A stretch of 61,329 bases of DNA, counting the filler, from Asterionella formosa (taxonomy: Eukaryota), in assembly GCA_002256025.1 (NCBI GenBank). It is 7 parts of 7 records of this genome, joined end to end, with 100 filler letters (N's around TTAATTAATTAA, not from the genome) between each part and the next. Parts side by side here need not be neighbours in the genome. Positions count along the whole stretch, not along the records: positions 43,900 to 52,570 come from NKIB01011862.1; positions 52,671 to 61,329 come from NKIB01011864.1; 5 more parts are not named here. The stretch is one strand, 5' to 3'. Positions 45,557-58,284 of this stretch are shown here, piece by piece. The stretch's first letter is position 1. Each line of letters starts with the position of its first letter. The notes beneath the pieces are model-generated. The model was not told the DNA's origin and searched no databases. It worked only from the letters and a program-made list of their open reading frames with translations. The position numbers were made by a program, and so were the translations under genes.

Positions 45557-47578
45557 CTAGTCTTGATGTTGATGAATAAGTCTTGGAACATTGGCTCGAC
45601 GCCTTCTCTTCCACAACGTGGTCCCGGCTAAAGTAGCTCCAGCCGCCACCCATAGATGAATCACTAAAGACAAGTCCGCAGCACATTTTGGTTCGTCCAA
45701 CAAGTTTTCGGGATTCGAATAAGGCAAATGCGAAAAGCAGCCTTTAGTTTCGGATGAGCATACCCATGATCGAAGTGTTGAGTTCCCCACTAAACGGTCC
45801 CAAAAGAGAAACCACTTTTGGAGAGGATTCAAAATAACCTTCGACAATGCTCGCATCAACCTTTGAGATTCAATACCACTGACAGCTCCGACGCATCGAT
45901 GCTTATCTCCAAAAAAGGCCCAGACTAATCCGCATGAGATCCAAACAAGCCACACCGTAAGAAAAACAGTCATCAATTCCAAAAACCGTCCACGCAGATC
46001 AACGCCAGCTACCTTTTTGAATGCTGATGCTAAGCTTCCAGCCAATATCGCCATGACATAAAACGAAATTGGCAATAGCGAAAATGCGAGATCGTAGACA
46101 AAGGGGTCTTTCAGAATGCCAGGAATTCCTACCAGCACAGCAGTTCCGTACACAACCACTGACCACCAGAATCTAGAGGGCTTGTAACAAACGTGCTTGT
46201 GCACAATATGCCAGCTCACGTTTTGACACTGACGTGAACAGTAATATGATCGCAAACATCGGACACACTTCCATCGGGCTCGTCGGCGACACAAGGAGCA
46301 AGCCCATCGACGTCGAGAGACGCCTCTCTTTTTTAACATCCGTCGAGCACGGCAATACAAGGCGACTAGTGGCGACATGACGATTGGAGCCATTGGTCGA
46401 AGCCATCGTCGTCGAACAATAGCCGCTCCAATTTGCCAGCAAATGTGAGGTTGTCTTAAAGCAGCCATGACATGCGGTGGCATGGCTTCTAGCCATTCTT
46501 CTTCGAGTGGAGCAATTGGTCTTGATGAAGGTGGTGGAAGTGCATAGGGTTTACTGCATGTCTCACAATTGAGTCCATTTCTAGCTTCAGGATGTCTGGA
46601 CCGGCATCTCCATTGCTCCACACAAAGATAGTGGACAAAAGCCATGGAACCTGAGCACTCGCAGGGAGCGAGGAGCGGATTTTCAGCAGCGGCGTTGTTG
46701 GGAAAGTATCGTGGGTGAGGCTGCACTGGACCCATGGTGGCAACATCGTCTGCAGGTTCGAGCAGGGGCCGAGTGTCATTGATTGTCGAGGAAAAAATGA
46801 CAAGGGGCGGATTGCGATCAGATGTTTCGTCTGCACTTTCTGGTGACGGCTCATCATCTGCCACATCGTGAATGCCTTCGCGGCAAATTCTGCAAAACAC
46901 AGCGTTCCCTTCTGACAGGGGAGGCAATGCAACAGGTGGGGAGATGGCGTCATCATATAATCCCAGGAGTTGCATGGCGGGTGAGGACGGGAAGGAAAGT
47001 CCCGTGCGGAGACATCGAAGTGTCTGTTCTTGCGAATTGGCCTCGTATTCTCCTGTGAGTGGTCGTTCTGAAGATGTCACCTCTCCGTCCTGATGGGGGA
47101 GAGGATAAAGGGGTAGGGCTTGCTGATATCCAGGATTATCTTTGGCTTCTACGATGTTTCGGATTGATATTGAAACGATAAAAGGCAAGCAAATCATTAG
47201 TGGAAGCGTGTGAGCACTTGGGTATGATTCATGTTTGCTCATGCATCCTTTTCGATACCAACGCCACTGCGGCTACTAACCTGTTTCCTCTTGATCGTTC
47301 GAAGGAAGTTTGGCTGCTACGAGAGCAATGTATCCTGCGAATTTCCCATTGCCTGGCCACTGCAGGCGCAACCAATAATTCCCAGCGACATGGCAAACAT
47401 CATCCACCAAGACCACTTCAGCGTGACGAATTCTGCGGATGAGAATGGGCTTCGGAAGCGGCTTGTTCGATGCTTCATTCTTGTGCGCTTCAATGTCAAA
47501 TGGAAGTGCGTAGACCTGAATGCCGTGTCGCCAGGGCTCAGAAGCCAAGCATCCCGGTTTGCAAAGATAGACTGGCAT
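45557..47578 (-). CDS. RING-CH (RINGv) + MYND zinc-finger membrane protein, probable E3 ligase
   Basis: Exon 47578-47281, intron 47280-47149 (GTTAGT..CTAAT..TAG), exon 47148-45557 in frame. CRIC..PCECSGSMAFVHYLCVEQW..CETC; CSLC..CVRC..YYCSRQCQNVSWHIVHKHVC; C-terminal hydrophobic helices. Confidence 0.88.
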
Positions 47579-47931
47579 TGGGGATCAAATCTAAGAACGT
47601 GAATGCTAACTGAACGCCCCCAAGCGTCCCTGAGAAAACTGGTACCAGGTACCTATGCTCGAAAGAAGACAGTACCAGGTACCCTGGTAGACACGATCGC
47701 ACGAAGTGATCCAGCGAACAAAATTGATTACCGGTACTTTATTATATGTGCATGTATATATATGAAAGGAGTGTGTGCTTGGTCCTCAGCAGGATCTTGT
47801 TTGTTCATTTTCGTTCACGTGCTGGCTGGCAGACCAACGGGCAAACTGAATGCTGGCTGTGCCTCTTATTTTTCCATTGTTCCCTGATATGCACACCGGT
47901 GCACCGGCATGTACATTAAGAATATGTATCA

Positions 47932-49157
47932 GCAATTCCTGCTCCAGCTTATCGTCTTGCCACTCGGGCACTTCTAAGTAAATTTTAGGCTCTAAGTAAT
48001 TTGTTATGTAATTTTTAAATAGGGGAAATATGGGGCACATCGAATTATTCCGCATTAATTAACATTGCAGATTTTAGCATGACAGCCAGAATAATGGTAA
48101 TATGCAGAGAAATGGTAAAACAAGTGTCAAACACACAAGAATGATTGTAGCATGCAAAATCAATGAAAATTGAACATGATGTTTGGAGCAACCAAGAAAG
48201 CATGATATGTAATGTATAATAAGTTGCTTCAAAATATAATTTATCATTAAGATAATGCCGACCCTACAGCAATAACATTATGATGTGTTCAAAGTACACG
48301 TTAAAGTTTAGCTTAAACCTTGCACAGTTGTTTTGAGTACCATTCATGTACTATATAGGCTATATGACTAGAATATCCGCCTGTTAGAGCACATAGTAAA
48401 TGACCGGAGCAAAAGCTTTCTGCCAACATCAGATACATTGCTATCATCATTTGTCTGCAGAAATATGGACAATTCGACTACATGAATCCCATGAGAAGAC
48501 AAGCAATCATCCAACAACCAACCGCATCCTTTTGACAACGAATCGCTAGCTACTGGCTGGTGTCATTTATAAATTCATTTCGCTTCAGACTGGTCATGAG
48601 GAACAACGATCAGCATGGTGAAAGGTGAATTGCCAGAGTCAGATTTCAGGCGACAAACAAAAATGAGGGGAATCCTTAATTTATTTTAAACAAATCTGTA
48701 GAATATATAAACATGTTTTCCTTAAGTAGACCCCTTGCCGATTTCGGCAATCCCACCAGGGCTGGAAAACCCATAAACTGTCTTGCCGAAATGTGTTAAT
48801 GATGGGCAAGAATATTGGACCTTGGCAAGATTTGATGAGAATATAGGAAAAATACAAAATTTATTTTATATGATGGGCTATAGCAACCTTAAAATGACAT
48901 TTACACTCAATGAGTGGGCAGCAGGCAAGCAAATGGCGCGATGATAGCTAGTTTGTGAATTGCCTCAACAATAACCTTCTCGGTGGCTACATGCCTTCTC
49001 ATTTACATGTGTACTTGGTTGGGATGGCACTTGTAGGTTGACCGTCTTGCAGCAGTGCTGGGAGCGCCACTCATACAGTCAACCTACTTGCGCCACCCAC
49101 CCTCAAACACATCAATACTCACAGGGATGAGACCACCTCGGACTTGTATTGCCTTCA
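47932..49157 (+). mobile_element. CGAG-hairpin element, copy with both ends (~1.23 kb, internally deleted)
   Basis: Left end GCAATTCCTGCTCCAGCTTATCGTC; sub-TIR ~48935-48963; decayed hairpin ~48969-49151; end GCCTTCA; no TSD. Confidence 0.85.
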
Positions 49158-51268
49158 GAACAAGCCGAGAATGACAGTATGCTCACCGGTAACTGGTACC
49201 AGTAACCAGGTACCTGGTACTTGTAGGTACATACAACGACAGCTCCTCCCATTGTGCGCATGCGCATGATTACAGGCAGGACATCAAGAAATCATTTTGC
49301 TTGACTGGCCATGACAGCATGGCAACTTTCAGATGTGTACTGCTATACGATTGCCTGCGTGAACACATAAAATTCCAAGGCTGAAAATTTTAACGCTTTC
49401 GAGCTGGCATGCCAATTCATTTTCTATAAATATGATCACTTTGGCAGATATAGCAAAATGGTTTTGATTTGGCAGATTAAGTAAACTTCACTCAAATCGA
49501 GTAATGACCCAAAGCAGGACAGGCATTTAAATAAATAGAAAACATCATCAATTAACTCTTCAAATTTTTCAGTGGTATGATCACCACTTATTGACTTACT
49601 AGGTTTTATGCTAAGTTTATTCTTCAAAAAGGGAAACTTGAAACATGATAGTGACCAGGGCAAGAATAGAGGGGCGTTCTGAAGCAATAGTAAGCAAAGT
49701 AAGAAACTCAAAATCATTCTCCTATCCTGGCCGAAGTGGCTGATGAAAGTAAACTATCTTAATTAACGGTTTCAAAGTCGTTGGGATTTTGGAAATTTAT
49801 AACTGCCAGCATCATCACCATACTAGCTAATACCCAACATAACTATTAACAGCGATGATGATTTTGTCACTGAAGAGGAAGATGAAATAGATAAATTATA
49901 GATAAATTTTTTTCAATTACCTCAAATAAGAAGAATAGTAGAAAAATCGCAAGAATCATCATCATCAAGGTCATTGAATTCTCATGTGAACAGGACAGCT
50001 GACGATGCGACAATGGCATTTTCTGCGGCATCGAATAACTTGATGAACTTACAAAACTGTTATTGCTGAGCAAGAGGAGCCGAAGGAAATTGAACGAGAG
50101 TTAGACTTTGTACTACTAGCTGAGGAAATCAAGGGCAAGAAGTATATTGATCCTTAGAATATAAGAAGAAAGAGGGAGCGAAGGTTTGCATTTATCAGTT
50201 ACATGAGCAATGGCTTGAATAAGAAACTGGGCGGAGCATTCAAATCATGTTCATTTGCGAGCTTCTGATGATACTCCTGAATCAATTGGTGACAACAGGG
50301 ATGACTATAATACTAGTGAAAGTGATCATGATAATAATTACTAAGATTTGAATCATATATTGATGATAAAAAAGCTATCATATGAGATAAAAATTGAGGT
50401 AATTCACTTCAATCGAGCTGTGCATGATTTTTGTTATTTATATTGCCATAATTTGCCCTGTTGGTGGTGCTGAAACCAGCAAGCACCTCAAAGATTGCCG
50501 AGGGCGCAACAATTGAGCTGCTTCAAGGACAATAGAGATCTTTTTCTGATAGGGTAATCATTGTGATCCATTATAGCTTCTGGAATTGGTATATTTATAG
50601 GCTCCTCCGAAAATCATACTTCATCCTGACGATGAATTTTATCGTCACATCCACCAATATTACTACATAGTATGGTTCTAGATCTTTCCACTCGAGTTTG
50701 GCTGCTGGCTCTAGTCCTTAATAATTTAATAGGTGCAAATACTTTTCTGTTTCTACTTGGTGTTGGTGATGCACATTTACCTTTTCTGTGTTGCCGAATT
50801 CTAATGGTATAACCATCGAGGTCAATCGATAGCACCAACACAGCAATGTAATTAATTCCGACTTTATCCATTTCATCAGGAGCAACTTGCAGGAAGCAAA
50901 GATGCATGGAAAGGAAACATTTAGTTTAGCTTATAATTTAGTTTGAGTTTAGATTATCAATCGAGGAAACAGTGTGTTAATTGACAGGAAGGTCAATTAC
51001 TTTATCTAGCAGGGACAAGGCTAGAAGCAGAGAAGAGAGATAAAGCAAGTGGTACTACTAGGTAGTACTACAAGCACGTAAGAGCCTACGTGAAGAGAGA
51101 TCCAGCCTGCAGGAAGAAGTACGGACCTTTTCAACATACCAGTACCATACGATGCATGCCCCTCCTACAAATTCTACATAGATAAATATTTTTGAGACAT
51201 GTGCTGACAGGTAATACAATGCCAGCACATTCCTCACAGAGGCAGGTTGTTTGATAAATACCAGGGTA

Positions 51269-52300
51269 GCAGGTGAAGTAGTATCTAACTAGAAGTAGTA
51301 GTATTTGTTGAATATATGAGCTTATTAATTAATCCTTATGTACAACTCGTTTCCTAAGTCGACATCAATGTATACAATAGGTGTTAATCGGCGAGTTCTC
51401 TCAATATTGAGTTCTGATATTTTTGATATGACCCTTAACCTATATTCATCTATATCAATGTGCAGGATTGCTCACTCTCCCACACTTAAGGGAAAACCTT
51501 GTACCTATGAAAAGGTTTAATACAACGAATATCAATTCGTTCTGTAATATGCATAGTTTCTTGAGAAGTAACTGTACCATTGGCATGTACTTGAATAATA
51601 ATATAAGGACCTCGTCCACGATCATCCAAAGTAGTAGGATTATCGAATAGGATTAAAATCTCGTCACCCACTTTGTAATCATAATAAGATCGACGACGGA
51701 AATTAACACGACTTAAACGTTCGTCAATTATCACTTGTCGACGTTGATGTCGTATCAATCGTAAATCTGTAATCAAAGGAATATTTAATATCATATCACG
51801 TTGAAAAACCCATGCTCCTGGTGAAATATGTAATATACTATGAATAGTAGCTCGAGCTGCATATGATGCAGTTGCAAAACATGTATCTACAATATTCTGA
51901 GCTTGCAATTCATTGATTGGAGGATGAGCCTTTAACATCACTCGTAGACTATTACTGATAGAGTGATGTAAACGTTTACAGATAGCATTTGCTTGTGGAT
52001 TCTTGACTGTAGTAGTCACATCTTTAATTCCATTCAACACTAACATGTGTAAGAAAGGAACACCAGTGAATTCACCTCCATTGTCATGTATACAACGTTC
52101 TGGACGGGGATATCTGGCTAACTAATCATTTTCAAATTTCATCGCATTATATTCTCAAGTTTTATTATTGATACTTGAAATTTCTGCTAGATTGGTGACT
52201 GGTGTGTCAATAAAAGCAAGTTAGAGCATGAAATTCAGTCGCTTGAGTAGCCACTGTTATCTTCCATGGATCAATTAGATCTACTGCAACTTCTGACATT
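51269..52300 (-). mobile_element. Ty3/gypsy-like integrase pseudogene with PPT and 3' LTR (~51269-51474)
   Basis: VAVDLIDPW, RYPRPERCIHDNGGEFTG, TTVKNPQANAICKRLH, SPGAWVFQRDM, GPYIIIQVHANGTV, ERIDIRCIKPF; then GGGAGAG PPT and TG-starting ~200-bp LTR. Confidence 0.85.
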
Positions 52301-52570
52301 CCTGGGCGGAAGATCAACTATGTAGAGCTTTTTTAAATCTCAAGACTTCAATTATTAGTCACTGCTATATCTGTAGACTTCCGTCATCCAAAATTACGAG
52401 TAGGTACATTCACCTCAGTTCAACTCTGTCAATCATACAAATTAAACGGATTTAGCACACTTCATAGCTTCTATGTATCTCCGACAATCTTTGCCAAATG
52501 AATAAAGTCGACAATCTTGAAATCTTCATTGGCATCCTTCAAAATAGCATCGCTTCCATCAATACAAACC

Positions 52571-52670
52571 NNNNNNNNNNNNNNNNNNNNNNNNNNNNNN
52601 NNNNNNNNNNNNNNTTAATTAATTAANNNNNNNNNNNNNNNNNNNNNNNNNNNNNNNNNNNNNNNNNNNN
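52571..52670. other. Artificial scaffold linker
   Basis: N run + TTAATTAATTAA + N run, 100 bp. Confidence 0.97.
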
Positions 52671-53687
52671 ACGTACTGTATGCCCGATTTCGTCCTCACA
52701 AATATAGTTCTCACTCTATCTTGCCTGCCTTTGCTCTATTCGGGCTTGCAATAGGCAACGTTCGTCTTTCTTTGATCCCATCGTCTGCTGCTTGTTATGC
52801 TAGTTGAAGCGGATCGGTGAGTACAACAGTGAAATACTGAATGTGGATTGTAGATCGTATTTATCGACTTTCCGATTTTATTGCTTCCGTGGTATTGTGC
52901 CGTTGTTGATTTGTATAGTCATTGACAATGATGTCAATATTGCTGCCAAGCAATGCTTTTCTTGCACTAACGCGCTTTGCTACATTTCTACTACGAGTTT
53001 GTATCAGAAACTACAAGACGAATACTCAGCTAGAGAGAGTCAATAGTTCTGGAGCAGTGTGGCGATCACGCTTGCTCAGAATGGAATGATCAGGGTTGCT
53101 TGTTTGGTGGGCAGCGGAGAGGAATGACTGTGGCGGAAATACTGCTACTGGTGTCAAGCTACTACAGCGATGCGCATGGTTGCAGAAACCAGACCATTTA
53201 CGCTACATAACGATGTAGGTCAAGATTGGGTTTAGCTTTTCCCTTCTTATTTCGGTCTTCGATTGTGTGGTGATGGAAAGTCAATGTTGCCTGGTGTGTA
53301 AGTACTACAATGATTCACAATGCATTGCTACGTCTCCATTGGAACTCTTATTTTTTATTTTATTTCTAACCCAAAACAATTTTTTCTATTTCTCATTTGA
53401 TGCTACTTATTACATCGCATTTCATACTTTGGTTGCTCCCAACATCATGTTCAATTTTCGTTGATGTTGCATGTTACAATCATTCTCGTGTGTTTTACGT
53501 TTGTTGTACCATCTCCATGCATATTACCGTTATTTTGGTTGTCATGCTAAAATCGGCAATTTTATTGCCGAAAAATTCGATGTGCCCCATATTGCCCTTA
53601 CATAAAAATTACTTAAGAAATAACTTAGAGACTAAAAATTACTTAGAAGTACCCGAATGGCAAGACGATAGCTGGAGCGGGAATTGC
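52671..53687 (-). mobile_element. CGAG-hairpin element, left part of a long copy
   Basis: 52671-52932 nearly identical to 34632-35024; left terminus ..GACGATAGCTGGAGCGGGAATTGC at 53687. Confidence 0.82.
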
Positions 53688-54015
53688 TGAAGGAATCAAG
53701 ATTCCCTGGTCCCGCCTCAGTCATCATTGACTGCGTCAAAGTGGTCAGACATGCACAGCATTGAATTTTTAGTACTCTTGCTGCGTAGAATAAAATATTC
53801 TCGTAGATTTTTGTAATAAGTGTACCTTAGTTGCAAAGTGTGACTTACTACCTGTATTTGTGTTCCAAGTACCGGTACCCCGGTGAGGGAATGATTAGTT
53901 CGCACTGTTCTGACCAGGTGGGTGGGACTTAGATGTGACGCATGGCTCGTCTACTTAGTAAAGTGCTCATCTGCACTTATGTCCTCGTTTTCATTGCGTT
54001 ACGTCTCACCAACAA

Positions 54016-54597
54016 GCAATTCCCGCTCCAGATATCGTCTCGCCATTCGGGTACTTCTAAGTAATCGCTTAAGTAATTTTTATTTATGGTCAATAGAGTA
54101 TTTAAAATGGTTTCCATAATTATACCCCTTGCCGATTTCAGCAATCCCAGGGCTGGAAAACCGAGGGGCAATTGGCGTAAATTGTCATTCCAAAATGCGA
54201 ACATACGAAATATACCAAATTTTTTTTAATGATGGGCAATATCGGGCCTTTGGCAAGATTTTATGTGACAATAGGACATCTACAAATTTATTTTACCTGA
54301 TGGGCTATAGCAAGAAGCAAAAATGACATTTACGCTCAATGAGTGGGCAGTAGGTAAGCGAATGGCGCGATAATAGCTAGCTTCTTGTGAATTAGCTACC
54401 TCAAAAATACCCTTCTCGGTGGCTCCTACTTTTCTTCTCGTTTACATGTGTGCTCTGCTGCGATGGCAGCCATTCGTAGGGTGACCTTCTGACAGCGCTG
54501 GGGGCGCCACTCGAACGGTCAACCTACTTGTACCACCCAGGCTCGAACACATGTATACTCGCAGGCAAGAGACCACCTCGGGCTTGTCTTGCCTTCA
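54016..54597 (+). mobile_element. CGAG-hairpin element, minimal copy with both ends (~580 bp)
   Basis: GCAATTCCCGCTCCAGATATCGTC left end; hairpin ~54405-54591; end GCCTTCA; no TSD. Confidence 0.85.
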
Positions 54598-54684
54598 CCA
54601 ATTCACAACCTATTTCATAGCTATTCTCGTCTTGCTATTTACTTACCTATACTATCCTGCCCACCCACTGAGCATACCGGTAAC

Positions 54685-55205
54685 TATCATTTTTAGCTGG
54701 CTATTGCCCATCATATAAAATATTTTTTTGTATATTCTTATCTTCACATCGAAATTTGCAATATGGCCGATATTGCCCATCATTAAAAAATATTTTTTTG
54801 GACATTCGTATGTTAGTATTTTGGTAATACAATTTGCGACAAATTGCCCCCTGGTTTTTCATGCCTTGGATAGCCGAATATCGCAGTGGGACTTCTGGAA
54901 ACTATTTCATATACTCTACAGGTTTGATCAAAATGAATCTAGTACTATTCACCTCATTTTTGTCAGTCTCCTGAAAAGTGACTCTGCCAATTCACCTTTC
55001 ACCATGCCGATCATCATCCATCATGCCCAGTCTGAACTAAAATGATTTCATAAATGACACCAGTAACAATTCATTGTCAAATGGATGCGGCTTGTTTTTG
55101 GATTTCTTATCTTCTCATTGGATTCATGTAATCGAATCATACATGTTTCGTCAGATGAATGATGATTCTAGTATATCTGATGTTGGTAGCAAGTTTTTGA
55201 GCCAG
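54685..55205 (-). mobile_element. Internal fragment of the CGAG-hairpin element
   Basis: Aligns with ~33915-34435. Confidence 0.75.
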
Positions 55206-58065
55206 TCAGCCATGCATATGATCCCTCTGTTCCGGTATCATAGTTGCAACAAAACTTTAGGTCACTGCCTCTCATAAAGCATAACCTCCAATAACTCTCC
55301 GGCTAACAGCCCGTCCTTTCCAAAACTCGTGAGCGCTTGTATATAATTGTTTGTCTTAGATTATTCGATTTTTATATAAATAATATTTACTTTTTCAACA
55401 AATGCAACATTGAACTTTCAGGGGTTCTTGTCATCTATTAATTATACTACTCTGTTTCACGACCTACAGCCATGCATTCCCACGGCGATGTTCCTGCTTT
55501 AATCACCCTTGACCATTGTGCTTTCCTCCCATGCTGCTCCTCTCACTCCTGCTCCTCCTGATATTCCTACGGCTGACACTGTCTCCTTCACTCCTGCTTA
55601 TCCCCCATGGAAATCCTCTTACAAATCCTCCAAGTCTACATTTGCAACTTCGGTAAAAACTGGAAAGCCCCGCTTGGGTGCATAATCCCATTGATATGTA
55701 ATCTATTTACCCTATCTCGCCCCTCTGACCCTCCCACCACCACTCTTGACCCCCTTGACACACATGCACACCACTTGCCGCTTCGGCCCACAACAACAAA
55801 AAGCGCTCGTCTCATCTTATGTCTTACCATCACTACGGTTGTTTCCTATTCTGCAACCCTTAAGAGTCCCTCAATGAACTCGCCCTCACTCGTCATTCCT
55901 TTGGGGCCCATTTGGGCCCTAGTGGTCTCCATGAACTCCATATTTGAGTCTCAATAAAAGCGTACTTAAAATTTTCTTATTCTACTATATATATATATAT
56001 ATATATAATGTTTACCAGTAGAGCAATATGGAGTACTGTGAAGTCATGAGCAGCTGGAGAAAGCATGGTGCATCATGTTATCTCAGCCTCGACCATGATG
56101 AAAATAACGAATGTCTCAATAAAAATGAGAATGACGCTTTGCTATTGGGTCCATCTTTTAGGAACGATATAGAAAAAAAATAGTAAAAGAATAGTTTTAC
56201 AAACTCTAATGTTGACAACGAAAATTGAAATAACTGATAGCCCATTTTTAAATGAAATGTATAGAATCAACAATTCAAAACGACGATGCTATCAGCAGAT
56301 GTGACACTTTCACAGTAGCTAGCTGTACAACGATTGTTACAAAGACGACTAAAACAATAACATGATTAATTAAAGCAAGAAACGTGAAGAAAGTTATTTA
56401 TTAGTTTAGATTTGATTTCTTCTTATCACATAATCAAGTACGTCACGACTAAGTGGTGATCATGCATTCACACGATTTTAAAGAGAGAATCGATTACATT
56501 TTCCATGAACTTAAATGACTGTTCTGCGTCATGTCATCAATTTCAGCAAAATGACCACAACTTGCAGGTACTCACATTCGTTTAGCTGAAAATTCGATTT
56601 CACAAGAATTACAATTTTTGGAAGCGCGCGCTTGAATCATTCACAAACGGAGATAGTGAATCCTACCAGCACCAGTCACTGTCCCAGAAAAAAAATGAGT
56701 GGGAGAGGTAAAAAATACTCACCACCCGCTGACATTATAACAGCTGTCAAGTTGATACCTCACCATCAGCGATGATCTTACCAAACATTGGGAAAATAGC
56801 TTGCATTCGATCCCTGTCACTGCACTCTTCTGTTACATCGGCGATTCAAATGAAATAGTGGTATGTCTGTGAACGAAAAAAGTGGTAGGCCTAAGACTTT
56901 TGCTCTATTATCGACTTTGTCCCTGACAGCGGAAAAAAGTTGATGGGCTAGTAGGTTCTAATGATGCGACCATATATAACTCCACATTGACAGCAAAATT
57001 TCAATTTGACGTGCGTACCTTGTCCTCAGGTTGATTGATCTTCTTGTTCTATTTTTCTGTAGTAGACACTGATTGTGCTGACAAGTCAGAACCCGATAAT
57101 ACCGGTAGGCTTATATAGAGCAGTGAAACAACCATATTACTCACATGTGTTTGCAGCGATACTAGAAAGATTCAATTTCACAATCGTTTCTATAACAAAT
57201 CATTGTCAATATCCACTTTTTCTTTCAACAAGCTCAAATGAGAACTCATGTTTTATCATGTTGTGGCCCACAAGTAGGCTACTTTGCATCACATCATGAT
57301 CAATCGAGAACAACGCACAACGTTAGAATACATGAGCAAAAAACAGTGCTTCTGGGGCGACAAATACAACAAACAACAACAAACCACATTTGTTGACTTT
57401 TCAGTTCTTGAAATTACATCATTCACACTCCCGCCTCCTTCTTGCTCTCCACAACCAAAGATGCAGTGCATTTCAAATTTTGAATCAATCGCTTCTACCT
57501 AATGATTTACGAATTAATAATATTTATGTTTTGTTGAGTATCTACGTAACATTATCATTCATTTTCGTATATATGTATATATGTGTAGCTAACTTGCTTA
57601 TTCAAAAATTGGAAACCAATTATTTGCGTCAGATTAAATATCATTGACGATCACATCATGTTGACATCAAAATGAGGTGATGATGTTGTGAATCTCTGAT
57701 ATTTGTGTGATCATATACTTTAAAAGTGTGCGATCTAGAGTTTAAAGATTTTTCCAATCAAACAAATATTCTCTTTTATATTCTCGTACCATTAAATTAT
57801 TAAGTTAGATCAACAGAGTAGCTCCGTCCTGAGCTTAATCAATAACTCCGATCAAGTAGAAGAATTTTTCCGGTCACTGGGAAAATGTACTTCTGCACGT
57901 GGAAGTGACCACCCACCCAATTTTCCACCACCCCACCTTCTACAGGCCATGGAGCGCAATGACGATAAACCTAGAAATAGACTAGTAGAATGCGCTGTAA
58001 AAATGATTAATATATGAAAATATGTTCGGTCATACATAACGAAGGTTATATACATCTATGTATTC

Positions 58066-58284
58066 AGGGGAATAGCTTATTTGGTTAGCTCACCTTCTGA
58101 GATGGCGGGTTCGATTCCCGCATTATCCACTTGCTTTGTTTATGCAGTCCCTTGGGTTCCGAGTGGTGAGGAAGACGCAGGTCTTAGGCCCTCTGGGTGG
58201 TCAAGTGCGACTTCACAACCTCTACAATTGTCGACGACTTCTTTAACAATAGCGTAATATAAAATTTACTTTATAATTTACATG
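58066..58284 (+). mobile_element. tRNA(Ala)-derived SINE, full length, 13-bp TSD
   Basis: tRNA-like head 58067-58129 (GGGGAAT..GCGGGTTCGATTCCCGCATTATCCA); CATCTATGTATTC duplicated at 58053-58065 and 58285-58297. Confidence 0.82.

Noticed and set aside
49930..50340. Possible hAT C-terminal remnant (EIERELD..IDP)
   Set aside because: Too degenerate to support.
58067..58129. Functional tRNA genes at the three tRNA-like heads
   Set aside because: Only 62-63 nt, no canonical anticodon arm or consistent anticodon, and embedded in a longer repeat with TSDs.
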